Shown here: piece after piece, positions 48,916 through 58,711 of the stretch | Position numbering within the stretch: the first letter of the stretch is position 1 | Layout of the letters: the number at the start of each line of letters is the position of its first letter | Assembly: GCA_964555355.1 (NCBI GenBank) | Contig: CAZKRY010000001.1 | Coordinates: 343,177 to 407,176, forward strand | Source: an uncultured Klebsiella sp. | GTDB lineage: Bacteria; Pseudomonadota; Gammaproteobacteria; Ga0077536 | Direction: 5' to 3' | DNA: 64,000 bases | Notes under the pieces: model-generated | Database searches by the model: none | Told to the model about the DNA's origin: nothing | The model's input: the letters and a program-made list of their open reading frames with translations, nothing else | Translations under genes and position numbers: made by a program

Positions 48916-49665
48916 TTAACGCCCGCCGGCGACTTCGATGAAGGTGCCGATCGTGTACGACGCCGCTTCAGACAGCAACCACATAATTGCTTCCGCGACT
49001 TCATCCGCCGTTCCACCGCGTTGCATTGGTACGTTCACCTTGAGTCGATCGACGCGTTCCGGATCGCCATAACTTGCGTGAATGTCCGTGTAAATGAGTC
49101 CGGGCCGGACGGCGTTGACGCGGATGCCTTCGGTGGCAACTTCTTTGGCGAGCCCCACGGTGAAAGTATCCAGCGCACCCTTGGAGGCCGCATAGTCCAC
49201 ATACTCACCCGGCGAGCCCAGCCGCGCGGCGGCGGACGACACATTGACGATCGCGCCACCGCGCCCGCCGTAGCGCGTCGACATTCGCTTAACGGCTTCG
49301 CGCGCGCAGAGAAAGCTGCCGATGACATTGGTGGCAAACACTTCGCTCAAGCGAGCGTAATCCATGGCGTCGACCCTAGCTTGCGTGGCGGCGATGCCCG
49401 CATTGTTGACGAGCGCGTCGAGGCGACCGAAGTCACGATCGATCGAATCGAATAATTGCAATACCTCGGCTTCCTGGCTCACATCAACCCGATACGCGCG
49501 GATGGCTGCAATCGTTGTGTCGATGGATTCGCAGAGTGTGTCGGCAGACTGCTTTGCGGTGCGATACGTAAACGCCACGGCATAACCGCGCGCGACCGCC
49601 ATGCGAACGGTGGCGGCGCCGATCCCCCGGCTACCGCCCGTCACCAACAAAACCGGTCGTGTCAT
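48916..49665 (-). CDS. SDR-family oxidoreductase (classical short-chain dehydrogenase)
   Basis: TGGSRGIG cofactor motif, NNAG, catalytic YxxxK (YAASKGAL). Confidence 0.85.
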   Translation of the reverse strand: MTRPVLLVTGGSRGIGAATVRMAVARGYAVAFTYRTAKQSADTLCESIDTTIAAIRAYRVDVSQEAEVLQLFDSIDRDFGRLDALVNNAGIAATQARVDAMDYARLSEVFATNVIGSFLCAREAVKRMSTRYGGRGGAIVNVSSAAARLGSPGEYVDYAASKGALDTFTVGLAKEVATEGIRVNAVRPGLIYTDIHASYGDPERVDRLKVNVPMQRGGTADEVAEAIMWLLSEAASYTIGTFIEVAGGR

Positions 49666-49775
49666 GTGACTCGACCGCTTCTAGAAATTGCAGTCAGCGC
49701 GGAGTAATGAGGATCAACAACGCGTAATGCGCGGAGGTTTCGTCGATGACGGCGGGTATAGGCAGTTGAAACGCC

Positions 49776-49868
49776 GCCCCTCACCCGGCGCTGCGCACCG
49801 GCCTCTCCCGGTGGGAGAGGCGAATAAGTGAACCCTCTCCCGCTGGCGGGAGAGGGTAGGGTGAGGGT
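49776..49868. repeat. REP-like composite palindromic element
   Basis: ccctcacccggcgctgcgcaccggcctctcccggtgggagagg followed by ccctctcccgctggcgggagagggtagggtgaggg. Same family as the 36.2-kb array. Confidence 0.8.
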
Positions 49869-49893
49869 GGAAGACCATCCCTTCACGCCAACC

Positions 49894-50565
49894 TCAGCCC
49901 ACATGCTTCCCAAAGAACGCCAGCGTGCGCTCTTTGGCGAGCTTCGCGCTATTCGCGTCATAGCTACCGCGCTCGTCGCAGTTAAAACCGTGATCGGCCG
50001 GGTAGATAAAAATTTCAACGTTCGGCTGCGCTTTGTGAATCGTCTCGACGTCGGTCATCGGAATATGCATGTCGCGCTCGCCGAAATGCATGATGACCGG
50101 GCATTTGGCGGAGCGAGTCGCTTCCTTCGCGATGCCGCCGCCGTAGTACGCCGAAGCCGCCGTGACGCCTTTCAACTCGCAAGCCGAAAGCCAGGTCATC
50201 AATCCACCGAAACAATAACCGACGACTCCAACCTTGCCGTATTTGGCGGCGGCTTCGATCGCCGCTTGCAGATCGAGCAGACAGTGTTCGCGCTTCAAAT
50301 CTTGAAAAGCAAGCTTAATGCCTTTTTGAAATTCGGTCTGATCGGTGTAGCCAAGTTCCACATTGCGTTCGACACGATCGAAGATCTGCGGCGCGATAGC
50401 GGCATACCCATCTTTCGCATACCCATCCGCGACATTGCGGATATGGCGGTTCACACCGAATATCTCCTGGATGACCACCACCGCGCCTTTAGCGGTGCCG
50501 GTGGGCAGTGCTTCATAGGCACCGAACGAAAAACCATCTGAGGCGGTGAGTTGGCGTGAGGGCAT
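49894..50565 (-). CDS. Dienelactone hydrolase-family protein (carboxymethylenebutenolidase-like)
   Basis: α/β-hydrolase with nucleophile motif GYCFGG (DLH family uses Cys) and a C-terminal His. Confidence 0.7.
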   Translation of the reverse strand: MPSRQLTASDGFSFGAYEALPTGTAKGAVVVIQEIFGVNRHIRNVADGYAKDGYAAIAPQIFDRVERNVELGYTDQTEFQKGIKLAFQDLKREHCLLDLQAAIEAAAKYGKVGVVGYCFGGLMTWLSACELKGVTAASAYYGGGIAKEATRSAKCPVIMHFGERDMHIPMTDVETIHKAQPNVEIFIYPADHGFNCDERGSYDANSAKLAKERTLAFFGKHVG

Positions 50566-50856
50566 TGGGATCTCCTTATAAAGCGTGGGGTGTTCGATTT
50601 TGGTCTTGGTGCGCTGGGAATTGTGCGGCGTTAGTAATGCCGATGGCCCGACACTTTAGCCGGTTTCGCCTCCTACTCAACTATGCGCAGTGGTCTTGCC
50701 GGTGCGTGGAGCGATGCCACTTGGGTTGCAACCTCCGTGTTTGGGGCTTGCGGTTACGCAGCAGCCTGGGCGACGATGCGGGACAAAATAAGCGCCTTCA
50801 TTTAAGAATGCGCCTACGCAATTTCAGCACCCTTTCGCCACTTCCTGGAGGCCGCC

Positions 50857-52038
50857 ATGGAACCATTACGTGGGATCCGCGTCATTGATGTCACGACTAA
50901 CGCATCCGGTCCGATGGCCGCCGGGATGTTGGCCGATCAAGGGGCTGACGTCATCCGCATTGAAACCCTGGGTAGCGGCGATCCTTCACGGCATGTCGGT
51001 GGCACCCGTGGCGGCGTCTCGTCGTATACGGCCTATCTTAATCGCAATAAGCGCTCCATCGCGGCTGACTTAAAAAACGCGGCCTTAAAACCGTTGCTCT
51101 ACAAGCTTATCCAAACTGCCGATGTGTTTATCCAAAACTCGCGACCGGGTGCGTTGGAGCGTGCGGGCTACGGCTTCGCCGATTTGCACAAAATCAACCC
51201 GAAGCTTATCTATGTGTCGATTTCCGGATTCGGTGCCACCGGTCCCGCCGCGGGGCAGCGGGTGTACGACCCGGTGATTCAATGTGTAGCGGGTTTTGCA
51301 ACCGCGCAAGGCGCGGGCGGCGAACCGGCACTGGTCAAGACCATCGCAAGCGACAAGGTGGCGGCGCTTACTGCCGCGCAGGCCGTCTCGAGCGCGTTGC
51401 TTGCGCGCGAACGCGGGCTTATTGGTGGTCATCACGTTGAACTCTCGATGCTTGATGCGAGCCTCGCCTTCCTGTGGCCGGATATTTATTGGAACCATGG
51501 GTTTGTCGGCGAGGAAGGCGTTACCCGTAAACCGCTGATTGCGGATTTCTATCGGTTGCTGAAAACCGCGAACGGTTTCATCACGACGATTATTGTTGGC
51601 GATGGCGAGTTCGCCGGCGCGTGTCGCGCGTTCGGCACCGAACACATGCTGAGCGATCCGCGCTTTAAAACGCTTACCGATCGTTTCGGCAATTACGCCG
51701 ATATGCATGCCGCCTTCCAAGCGAAAGCGGCAACCATGCAAGCGGATGATTTGATCGCGCGCTTGATGCGCGAAGATGTACCTTGCGCCAAGGTCAACGC
51801 GCTTGATGATGTATTCACCGATCCGCGCGTCACGCATCGCCAAAGCATTGTTGAATACGACGACCCGCGCGCTGGCCGCATGCGCGCGGCACGTGCACCC
51901 GCTATTTTCGACGGCGAACCCTGCCCGATCCGCCGGCCTTCGCCAGCGCTCGGCGAACACACGGCGGAAGTGCTGCAGTCGGTAGGTTGTAGCACGGAAG
52001 AGTTGGCCTCACTGCGTAAATCGGGTGCGATTAATTGA
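50857..52038 (+). CDS. Family III CoA-transferase (CaiB/BaiF family)
   Basis: N-terminal LRGIRVIDVTTNASGPMAAGMLADQGADVIRIE signature. The catalytic Asp region is conserved. Confidence 0.85.
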   Translation: MEPLRGIRVIDVTTNASGPMAAGMLADQGADVIRIETLGSGDPSRHVGGTRGGVSSYTAYLNRNKRSIAADLKNAALKPLLYKLIQTADVFIQNSRPGALERAGYGFADLHKINPKLIYVSISGFGATGPAAGQRVYDPVIQCVAGFATAQGAGGEPALVKTIASDKVAALTAAQAVSSALLARERGLIGGHHVELSMLDASLAFLWPDIYWNHGFVGEEGVTRKPLIADFYRLLKTANGFITTIIVGDGEFAGACRAFGTEHMLSDPRFKTLTDRFGNYADMHAAFQAKAATMQADDLIARLMREDVPCAKVNALDDVFTDPRVTHRQSIVEYDDPRAGRMRAARAPAIFDGEPCPIRRPSPALGEHTAEVLQSVGCSTEELASLRKSGAIN

Positions 52039-52052
52039 CAAGATCGTTTACT

Positions 52053-52209
52053 CCCTCTCCCGCGACGCGAGAGGGCAGGGGTGAGGGTCTTCGTGCGGAG
52101 CCGGTCGAAGCGCTGCCCCTCACCCGGCGCTGCGCGCCGGCCTCTCCCGGTGGGAGAGGTTTTTTCCCTTCTCCCTCTCCCACTTCGCAGGAGAGGGGAG
52201 GGGGTGAGG
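52053..52209. repeat. REP-like composite palindromic element (two adjacent modules)
   Basis: ccctctcccgcgacgcgagagggcaggggtgaggg ... ccctcacccggcgctgcgcgccggcctctcccggtgggagagg ... ccctctcccacttcgcaggagaggggagggggtgagg. Confidence 0.8.
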
Positions 52210-52252
52210 ACCAAGCTTTTTGGAAAGTAGAAATAGATTTAAAGGAGACCCC

Positions 52253-53341
52253 ATGCATCTCGGATATTTCATGATGCCGTTGCATCATGCGGACAGCGAT
52301 TACCATCAAACGTTGAGCGACGACGTCGAAGCCATCGTGCTGGCCGACGAACTAGGTTTCACGGAAGCGTGGGTTGGCGAACACTATTCAGCAACGGTCG
52401 AGCAGATCACCTCGCCCCTACTCTTTCACGCCAATCTCATCGCGCGCACCAAGCGTATTAAATTTGCAACCGGCGTAATCTGTCTACCGCAGTATCATCC
52501 GGCCGTCATTGCCGGGCAGGCCGCGATGTTCGATCACTTGAGCAATGGGCGCTTCATCATGGGCATTGGCCCCGGCGGCTTGCCGTCGGATTTCGCGTTG
52601 TTTGGCGTCATGAACAAAGATCGCCAAAAAATGGCCGAAGAATCCATCGATCAAATTCTGACCATGTGGTCGACTTCGCCGCCGTACAACCTCCGAGGCG
52701 AGCATTGGACCATCGACATGACCGCGTGGACGCATCATGACATCAAGATGGGTTACATCCCGAAGCCGTTGCAACAACCGCATCCGCCGATCGCGGTCTC
52801 GGCCGTCAGCCCGAACTCCGGCTCGTTGAAATACGCAGGCAGCAAAGGCTTTATTCCGGTATCCGCAAACTTCATCGCCGAATGGAACTTAAAGACCCAT
52901 TGGCCGACATACGCCGCCGGCGCGCAAGCTGCCGGTCACACACCGAAGAGCGCCGACTGGCATGTGGCGCGCAGCATTTTTGTCGCGGACACGGATGCAG
53001 AAGCCGCCGAGTTCGTTGCCCAACCCGGCGCGGCTTACGGCTATTACTACGAATATCTGTTCAAGATTTTCGATCGCACTAACTTTCGCGGACCTTTCGT
53101 GCCGAATCAGGGTGACGATCCGATGAGCTTGACGCCGACGGCGCTCCGCGAAGCTTGTGTTATTCACGGCAGTCCGGAGACAGTCGCGCGTCAGATTTTA
53201 GGATTGCGTGAGCGTATCGGTGATTTCGGCACCTTGCTTTACGCCGCGCACGATTGGGTCGATAAGCCGGCGATGAAACGTTCGATGCAATTGATGGCGC
53301 AGGAAGTCATGCCGCGCGTCAATCGCGCGTTAGCCGCTTAA
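52253..53341 (+). CDS. LLM-class (luciferase-like) flavin-dependent monooxygenase/oxidoreductase
   Basis: The start is set at ATG 52253 with an AAAGGAGA ribosome-binding site 5 nt upstream. TIM-barrel LLM signature regions (FTEAWVGEHY; ICLPQYHP). Confidence 0.7.
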   Translation: MHLGYFMMPLHHADSDYHQTLSDDVEAIVLADELGFTEAWVGEHYSATVEQITSPLLFHANLIARTKRIKFATGVICLPQYHPAVIAGQAAMFDHLSNGRFIMGIGPGGLPSDFALFGVMNKDRQKMAEESIDQILTMWSTSPPYNLRGEHWTIDMTAWTHHDIKMGYIPKPLQQPHPPIAVSAVSPNSGSLKYAGSKGFIPVSANFIAEWNLKTHWPTYAAGAQAAGHTPKSADWHVARSIFVADTDAEAAEFVAQPGAAYGYYYEYLFKIFDRTNFRGPFVPNQGDDPMSLTPTALREACVIHGSPETVARQILGLRERIGDFGTLLYAAHDWVDKPAMKRSMQLMAQEVMPRVNRALAA

Positions 53342-53356
53342 GACCAGTCTTAAACG

Positions 53357-54388
53357 ATGCGCGCCAAACGACTCGGTCTCATGCTGTGGCCCGTGCCGGG
53401 CCTCGAGGCCGGGTTCGACCGCGGCGTGTGGGCCGAACAGGCCGGATACGACGACCTATGGTTGGCCGATGCGGAAGGACTGCAAGATCCGATTGCTTTG
53501 GCTGCGGCGCTAGGCGTAGCGACCAATAAGGTGCGCCTCTGTACGGGGGTGGTGCCGGTGTTCAACCGGCCGCCGCCGGTACTCGCGACCGGCGTGGTTG
53601 CTGCTGCCGAGCGCGCTCCGGGGCGTTTCGTCCTTGGCTTGGGCGCTTCCACGGGCAACATGGTCGATCGCTGGTACGGGCTCAAGTACGACAAACCACT
53701 GACCCGCGTGCGTGAAACGGTAGCGCTTCTGCGTCAGATCTTGGGCGGTGAGAAAACCAATTTTGAAGGCATTACGCTGCGCAGCCAGGGCTTCAAGTTA
53801 CCCGCGCTGCCGAGCGAGCCGGTACCCATCATGCTCGGCGCCATCGGGCAGAAAATGCTGCAGTTGGCAGGTGAGATCGCCGATGGCGTGGTGTTGAACG
53901 ATTTCACGCCCCCAGACCGGATGGGTTACGCGCTCGAGCAGTTAGATATCGGCGCAAAGCGTGTGGGCCGACGCGTGGAAGACTTGGAAATCGTCAAACG
54001 GCGCGCGCTCAAAATTGCCGAGACGCCCGTTGAACAAGCGCAGGCGCATACGTACTTTCGCCAACACTTGGCGTTCTATGGATCGGCTGCGGCGTATCAA
54101 GAAATCATGCTGCAATTGGGTTACCGCGAAGCAGTGCGATCGTTACGCGAAGGTTACGCGACGCGCGATCGCGCGCGCATCGCGTCCGCCATTCCGGATG
54201 AGATGGTGCCGAGAATTTTTACTTCCGGCACCGCCGCGCATTGCCAACAGTCCGTGCGCGCCGATTTCGCGGCGGGTGTCGACACTATCGTGATTAGCCC
54301 TCAGGCGAGTGAGGCGGCAGCATTCGCACACACAGCGGAGATTTTTAGTGCTGCGTGCGAACTCAAGAGTGCCTCCGCACATTCATAA
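53357..54388 (+). CDS. LLM-class flavin/F420-dependent oxidoreductase
   Basis: Luciferase-like fold (GYDDLWLADAEGLQDP...; VLGLGAS). 15 nt after the upstream LLM gene. Confidence 0.65.
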   Translation: MRAKRLGLMLWPVPGLEAGFDRGVWAEQAGYDDLWLADAEGLQDPIALAAALGVATNKVRLCTGVVPVFNRPPPVLATGVVAAAERAPGRFVLGLGASTGNMVDRWYGLKYDKPLTRVRETVALLRQILGGEKTNFEGITLRSQGFKLPALPSEPVPIMLGAIGQKMLQLAGEIADGVVLNDFTPPDRMGYALEQLDIGAKRVGRRVEDLEIVKRRALKIAETPVEQAQAHTYFRQHLAFYGSAAAYQEIMLQLGYREAVRSLREGYATRDRARIASAIPDEMVPRIFTSGTAAHCQQSVRADFAAGVDTIVISPQASEAAAFAHTAEIFSAACELKSASAHS

Positions 54389-55350
54389 CGAGGATCATTG
54401 GTTTGGGCGCAAGACTTTCGATTGATCTAAACGACTGCCGCAAATTCGCCGTCGGCGTCAAACGCCCGGAAGATGTGGTAGTCAGCCGCGACGGCACGGT
54501 GTGGATTTCGGATCAGGCAAGTGCCTGCGCGCGGGTGAGCCCGGATGGTACCTTCACCCGCATTGGCCGCGCGGGCGGGGCGCCAAACGGAATAAATCTC
54601 GATCTCGAGGATCGTGTGTTGATTGCGAATTTCGGCGGACCGGAAGATGGGCACGGTCCGTTGCAACGGCTCGATCCGAGAACCGGCACGGTGACTACGT
54701 TGTGTGATTCGATCAACGGTCGCCCGCTATTCGGCGCGAACTACCCGCTGGTGGATGGCCGAGGCCGCGTGTGGTGCTCGCATTCCACGTTCGGCCCGTT
54801 GGATGCCGCATGGGCCGGCCAGCACGACGGATCGATTTTCCGCGTTGACGGAGGTGCGGTTACCGTCCTTGCGGACGGCATTGAATTTGCAAACGGCATC
54901 GCTTTCGATGCCGAAGATAAATATCTCTACGTCTGCCAAACCACGGCATGCAATGTCGTTCGCTTTCCAATCAACGCCGATGGCACGCTAGGCCGCGCGG
55001 AGCGCTATGGGCCAAAGCTCGGCTTCACGAATGACGAAGTGCAACACCTACGTCCGCTCACACTCGAACAGCGCAGCCAGCTTGGACCTACCGACGGCTG
55101 CGGTTTTGACGCCGAGGGGAATTTGTGGGTGACCTTGGTGCTTGCCAACAAGGTTGTCGCCATCACGCCCAGTGGAGAGGTAGTTACGGTGCTCTCCGAT
55201 CCGACGGGTAAACTGATGCGCAATCCCACCAATGTCACGTGGGGTGGGCGCGACATGCGGGATTTGTATATCGGCAGCGTAACTACCGATTACGTCGTGC
55301 ATGCGCGCAGCCCAATTCCGGGCATGCGGATGTGGCATCAACGGCATTGA
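54355..55350 (+). CDS. SMP-30/gluconolactonase/LRE-family six-bladed beta-propeller protein (lactonase-like)
   Basis: DAEGNLWVT (DxEGxLW) and NG/DG propeller motifs. The ORF-track start overlaps the upstream gene by 34 nt, so the true start is probably slightly downstream. Confidence 0.6.
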   Translation: MRTQECLRTFITRIIGLGARLSIDLNDCRKFAVGVKRPEDVVVSRDGTVWISDQASACARVSPDGTFTRIGRAGGAPNGINLDLEDRVLIANFGGPEDGHGPLQRLDPRTGTVTTLCDSINGRPLFGANYPLVDGRGRVWCSHSTFGPLDAAWAGQHDGSIFRVDGGAVTVLADGIEFANGIAFDAEDKYLYVCQTTACNVVRFPINADGTLGRAERYGPKLGFTNDEVQHLRPLTLEQRSQLGPTDGCGFDAEGNLWVTLVLANKVVAITPSGEVVTVLSDPTGKLMRNPTNVTWGGRDMRDLYIGSVTTDYVVHARSPIPGMRMWHQRH

Positions 55351-55373
55351 GTGCCATGAACGTAGCGAGGTTG

Positions 55374-55502
55374 CCCCTCACCCGGCGCGCTGCGCCGGCC
55401 TCTCCCGGTGGGAGAGGCGAATTCACTCAGTTTTCCCGTGAAGTGGAAGATATAAAAGCGCTCTCCCTCTCCCGCGAAGTGGGAGAGGGTAGGGGTGAGG
55501 GT
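55374..55502. repeat. REP-like composite palindromic element
   Basis: ccctcacccggcgcgctgcgccggcctctcccggtgggagagg ... ctctccctctcccgcgaagtgggagagggtaggggtgaggg. Confidence 0.8.
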
Positions 55503-55540
55503 CTTCTCTCAATGCATCGTTCCTTCAAAAGAGTTTCATC

Positions 55541-56482
55541 ATGAGCCATGACCGCCAATTCACCCCGCGCGACGATCACTTTCATTTCGACGAAATGGGC
55601 GACGATTGGTGGGCGACGGAAACGTCATGGTTTTCTTTTCATCATCCGGAACGCAAACTCGGCGGCTGGTTCTACACCATGGCGCGGCCGAACATCGGCA
55701 CCATCGCCGGGGGCGCATGGGTATGGGACGACCGCGCTTATCTGCCGTGGGAAGTACTGTATTCAGCCAATTACTCCGCGCAGGAATTACTGCCCAACAC
55801 CGATCTTGCGGACTGCAAACTACCGAACGGCGTTTCGATCAAGGTGCTCGAACCGTGCACACGCTATGCGCTCGGTTACGACGATGGTGATCGGTTTAAA
55901 GCCGATCTCATTTTCCACGCAGTCATGCCGCCCGAACCATTGACGGCGGTGGGCTCGACATTTGGCAGCGCGCATCACTTCGATCAATTCGGACGTGTGA
56001 CCGGCAACCTCGTCTTACATGGTGAGGTCATCGCGCTAGACTGCATTGGCATGCGCGATCGAACCTGGGGACGGCGACCGGAAGACCGGCCGCGCCAAGC
56101 GGCGTATGTCACCGGCGCGGCCAACGCCGACACCGGGTTTCTCGCGGTTACGCAGGGCAAAGTGCCGCGAGACGAAGTGGCCTATGGATTTCTGCGGCGC
56201 GACGGCCGCAACGTACCGCTCGCGAGCGGCGAGCGGCAGGTTGAACGCGATCCCAAAGAAGGTTGGATCACACGCATCACTTTGCTTGCGCGCGACACGC
56301 AAGGCCGCGAATTGCGCGCGGAAGGCGTGCCGGTCAGCCGCATTATTTTGAACCGGCACACCTTCATCGATATCAATAGTTTGATTCGCTGGGAGCACGA
56401 TGGCCTAGTTGCATGGGGCGAAGATCAGGACATGTGGCCGGTGCATCGTTGGGCGCGCCGCCAGCGCGAGGCACGCGGCTAG
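55541..56482 (+). CDS. Hypothetical protein (313 aa) encoded immediately upstream of an acyl-CoA ligase
   Basis: No recognisable motif. The N-terminus is His/Trp/Asp-rich. The stop lies 2 nt before the ligase start. Confidence 0.4.
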   Translation: MSHDRQFTPRDDHFHFDEMGDDWWATETSWFSFHHPERKLGGWFYTMARPNIGTIAGGAWVWDDRAYLPWEVLYSANYSAQELLPNTDLADCKLPNGVSIKVLEPCTRYALGYDDGDRFKADLIFHAVMPPEPLTAVGSTFGSAHHFDQFGRVTGNLVLHGEVIALDCIGMRDRTWGRRPEDRPRQAAYVTGAANADTGFLAVTQGKVPRDEVAYGFLRRDGRNVPLASGERQVERDPKEGWITRITLLARDTQGRELRAEGVPVSRIILNRHTFIDINSLIRWEHDGLVAWGEDQDMWPVHRWARRQREARG

Positions 56483-56484
56483 CA

Positions 56485-58146
56485 ATGGACTTCCAACCGA
56501 TTTTGCCGGCGAGTCGGGTCGCCGATCTCTCCGCGCGCGGGCTATGGCCGAATCGGCTGGTCATCGATTATCTCGATGAGGCCGCGGTCCGCGCGCCGGA
56601 CGCAGTCGCAATTACCGATCGGAATTCGATGACGGGGCAGGTAACCCGCCTCACTTATCGTGAGTTGCGCGCGTACTCGATCCGGATCGCCTGCGCGTTG
56701 AGCGAACTTGGTGTGCGGCGTGGCGATGTGGTCGCCGTGCAATTACCCAATTGGTGGCATTACTCGGCGCTTTATGCGGCCTGCGTGCGGCTTGGCGCGG
56801 TCATCAATCCGTTGATGCCGATTTTTCGCGAGCGCGAGTTGGAATTCATGTTGGGCTTGAGCGAAGCACGGGTGCTCATCGTGCCGCGCGCGTTTCGTGG
56901 ATTCGCTTACGCACCGATGGCGCGCGCACTACAGGAGAAATTGCCGAACCTGCAGCAGATCTTAGTGATCGGCGGTGACGATTCGGCGACTAGTTTCGAA
57001 GCGCGCGTCTTGGCCGATGCGTGGGAGTCCCGCATCGACGCGACTGCACTTTTCAGCGCGCGCCGGCCGTCGCCCAATGATGTCACCGAGATCATGTATA
57101 CCTCCGGCACCACTGGTGAACCCAAAGGTGTGATGCACACGGCGAATACCTTGCTGTGCAAGACGCTATTGGCGACGGAGTTATTCAATTTCACCAGCGA
57201 GGATTCCATTTACATGGGATCGCCCTGCGCGCATCAAACCGGATTTCTGTACGGCTGTGTGATGGCGATGGTTCGCGGCACCAAGTGCGTATTGCAAGAT
57301 ATTTGGGAGCCGGTGCAAGCAGCGCGTTTGATCGAAGCCGAGCGCTGCACGGTGACCTTGGGCTCGACGCCGTTCCTGCGCGACTTAGTGCACACCCCCG
57401 ACGTGCGCGAACACAATGTCACGAGCCTGCGGTTATTTCTCTGTTCCGGCGCGCCGATCCCACGTGTACTGGTGCAGGACGCGCGCGAGGTTCACCCCAA
57501 TCTCTACGTCATGAGTGCCTGGGGCATGACCGAGATGGGCATCACCACCGCCACTTACCCGGGTGATCCGCTCGACAAGATTATTGAGACCGATGGCCGC
57601 GCACTGCCGCATCAAGCCGTGCGCGTAATCGACGATGCCGGCACCCCGGCGCCAATTGGCACCGAAGGTCGTCTACAAGCGCGCTGCGCGACGACGTTCG
57701 TCGGTTATCTTAAACGCCCGGAGTGGTACGGCGTGGATGAGGACGGCTGGATTGAAACCGGCGATAACGCACGCATGGATGCGGATGGTTATATCCGGAT
57801 CACCGGGCGCTCCAAGGACATCATCATCCGCGGCGGTGAGAATATTCCAATCGTGGAAGTGGAAGAATTGTTGTATCGCCATCCGGCGATTCAAGACGCT
57901 GCCATTGTCGCGATGCCAGATCCTCGACTCGGCGAGCGCGGTTGCGCGTTCGTCACGTTGCGCGAAGGGCATACGCTGGATTTCGTTGGCATGCGGGACT
58001 ATCTCGGCGAAGCCAAACTCATCAAACAGTATTGGCCAGAACGTCTGGAAATCATCGCCGAGTTTCCGCGCACTCCGAGCGGCAAGATCCAGAAATTTAA
58101 GTTGCGCGAGTTGGCGCGTGCACTCAAGCCCATAGTGGTGCAATGA
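56485..58146 (+). CDS. AMP-dependent synthetase/ligase (acyl-CoA synthetase family)
   Basis: The start is set at ATG 56485 (MDFQPIL). AMP-binding motif YTSGTTGEPKGV, Motif II and C-terminal lysine (PRTPSGKIQK). Confidence 0.85.
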   Translation: MDFQPILPASRVADLSARGLWPNRLVIDYLDEAAVRAPDAVAITDRNSMTGQVTRLTYRELRAYSIRIACALSELGVRRGDVVAVQLPNWWHYSALYAACVRLGAVINPLMPIFRERELEFMLGLSEARVLIVPRAFRGFAYAPMARALQEKLPNLQQILVIGGDDSATSFEARVLADAWESRIDATALFSARRPSPNDVTEIMYTSGTTGEPKGVMHTANTLLCKTLLATELFNFTSEDSIYMGSPCAHQTGFLYGCVMAMVRGTKCVLQDIWEPVQAARLIEAERCTVTLGSTPFLRDLVHTPDVREHNVTSLRLFLCSGAPIPRVLVQDAREVHPNLYVMSAWGMTEMGITTATYPGDPLDKIIETDGRALPHQAVRVIDDAGTPAPIGTEGRLQARCATTFVGYLKRPEWYGVDEDGWIETGDNARMDADGYIRITGRSKDIIIRGGENIPIVEVEELLYRHPAIQDAAIVAMPDPRLGERGCAFVTLREGHTLDFVGMRDYLGEAKLIKQYWPERLEIIAEFPRTPSGKIQKFKLRELARALKPIVVQ

Positions 58147-58297
58147 CGAATTTTCGGATGGTTGGGGTTCACGTTGTTCACCCCAACCGACAAAACGAAT
58201 GTGCCGTGCAATTAAACATAGAGAGTAGGTTGGGGTGAGCGCAGCGAACCCCAACACCATCGACCAATCGAAACAAAAAAAGTCTTGAGTATTACGC

Positions 58298-58711
58298 ATG
58301 AATGAAAGCGAATTACTGGCCCGCGTCGCGGCCACGCTGAAAAGCGAAGTCGGTCCCGCGGTAACCGAAGTGCAACCTAAATCGCAAGCCTTCATGGCTG
58401 CGGTGGTGTTACAGAAACTAAGCCAGCAACTTGCCGTGCAGCGGCAGCATCACGCGGCGGCCGCGGCGGATCTCGCAAGCTTACTGAGTGATCTTTCCCA
58501 CCTACTTGCCGCCGCCGAAACGCCGGCTGCGGTGGCGGACGCAATGGCCACCCTGGCACGCGAAAAAGATACGGCATCGTTGTGTGCATTCATTACGACG
58601 TTGTATGCCGAACGACAGCCGCTCGGCGAGCAGAGATTTACCGAATTGCTCGGCCGCGTGCGCGTCACCTTGCGCCGGGATATCGATCGGCGCATGGAGT
58701 ATGCGGCATGA
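58298..58711 (+). CDS. Small hypothetical protein (Ala-rich, 137 aa)
   Basis: The ORF ends in an ATGA overlap with the downstream kinase-like gene. No motif recognised. Confidence 0.3.
   Translation: MNESELLARVAATLKSEVGPAVTEVQPKSQAFMAAVVLQKLSQQLAVQRQHHAAAAADLASLLSDLSHLLAAAETPAAVADAMATLAREKDTASLCAFITTLYAERQPLGEQRFTELLGRVRVTLRRDIDRRMEYAA

Noticed and set aside
51693-52309. ORFs 51693..52214(-), 52031..52309(-) and 52035..52274(+) containing 'LTPALSRRGRGS'/'PLTRRCAPASPGGRG' peptides
   Set aside because: These are translations of the REP element at 52053-52209; the first is also antisense to the well-supported CoA-transferase gene. The same applies to 55239..55544(+) over the 55.4-kb REP.
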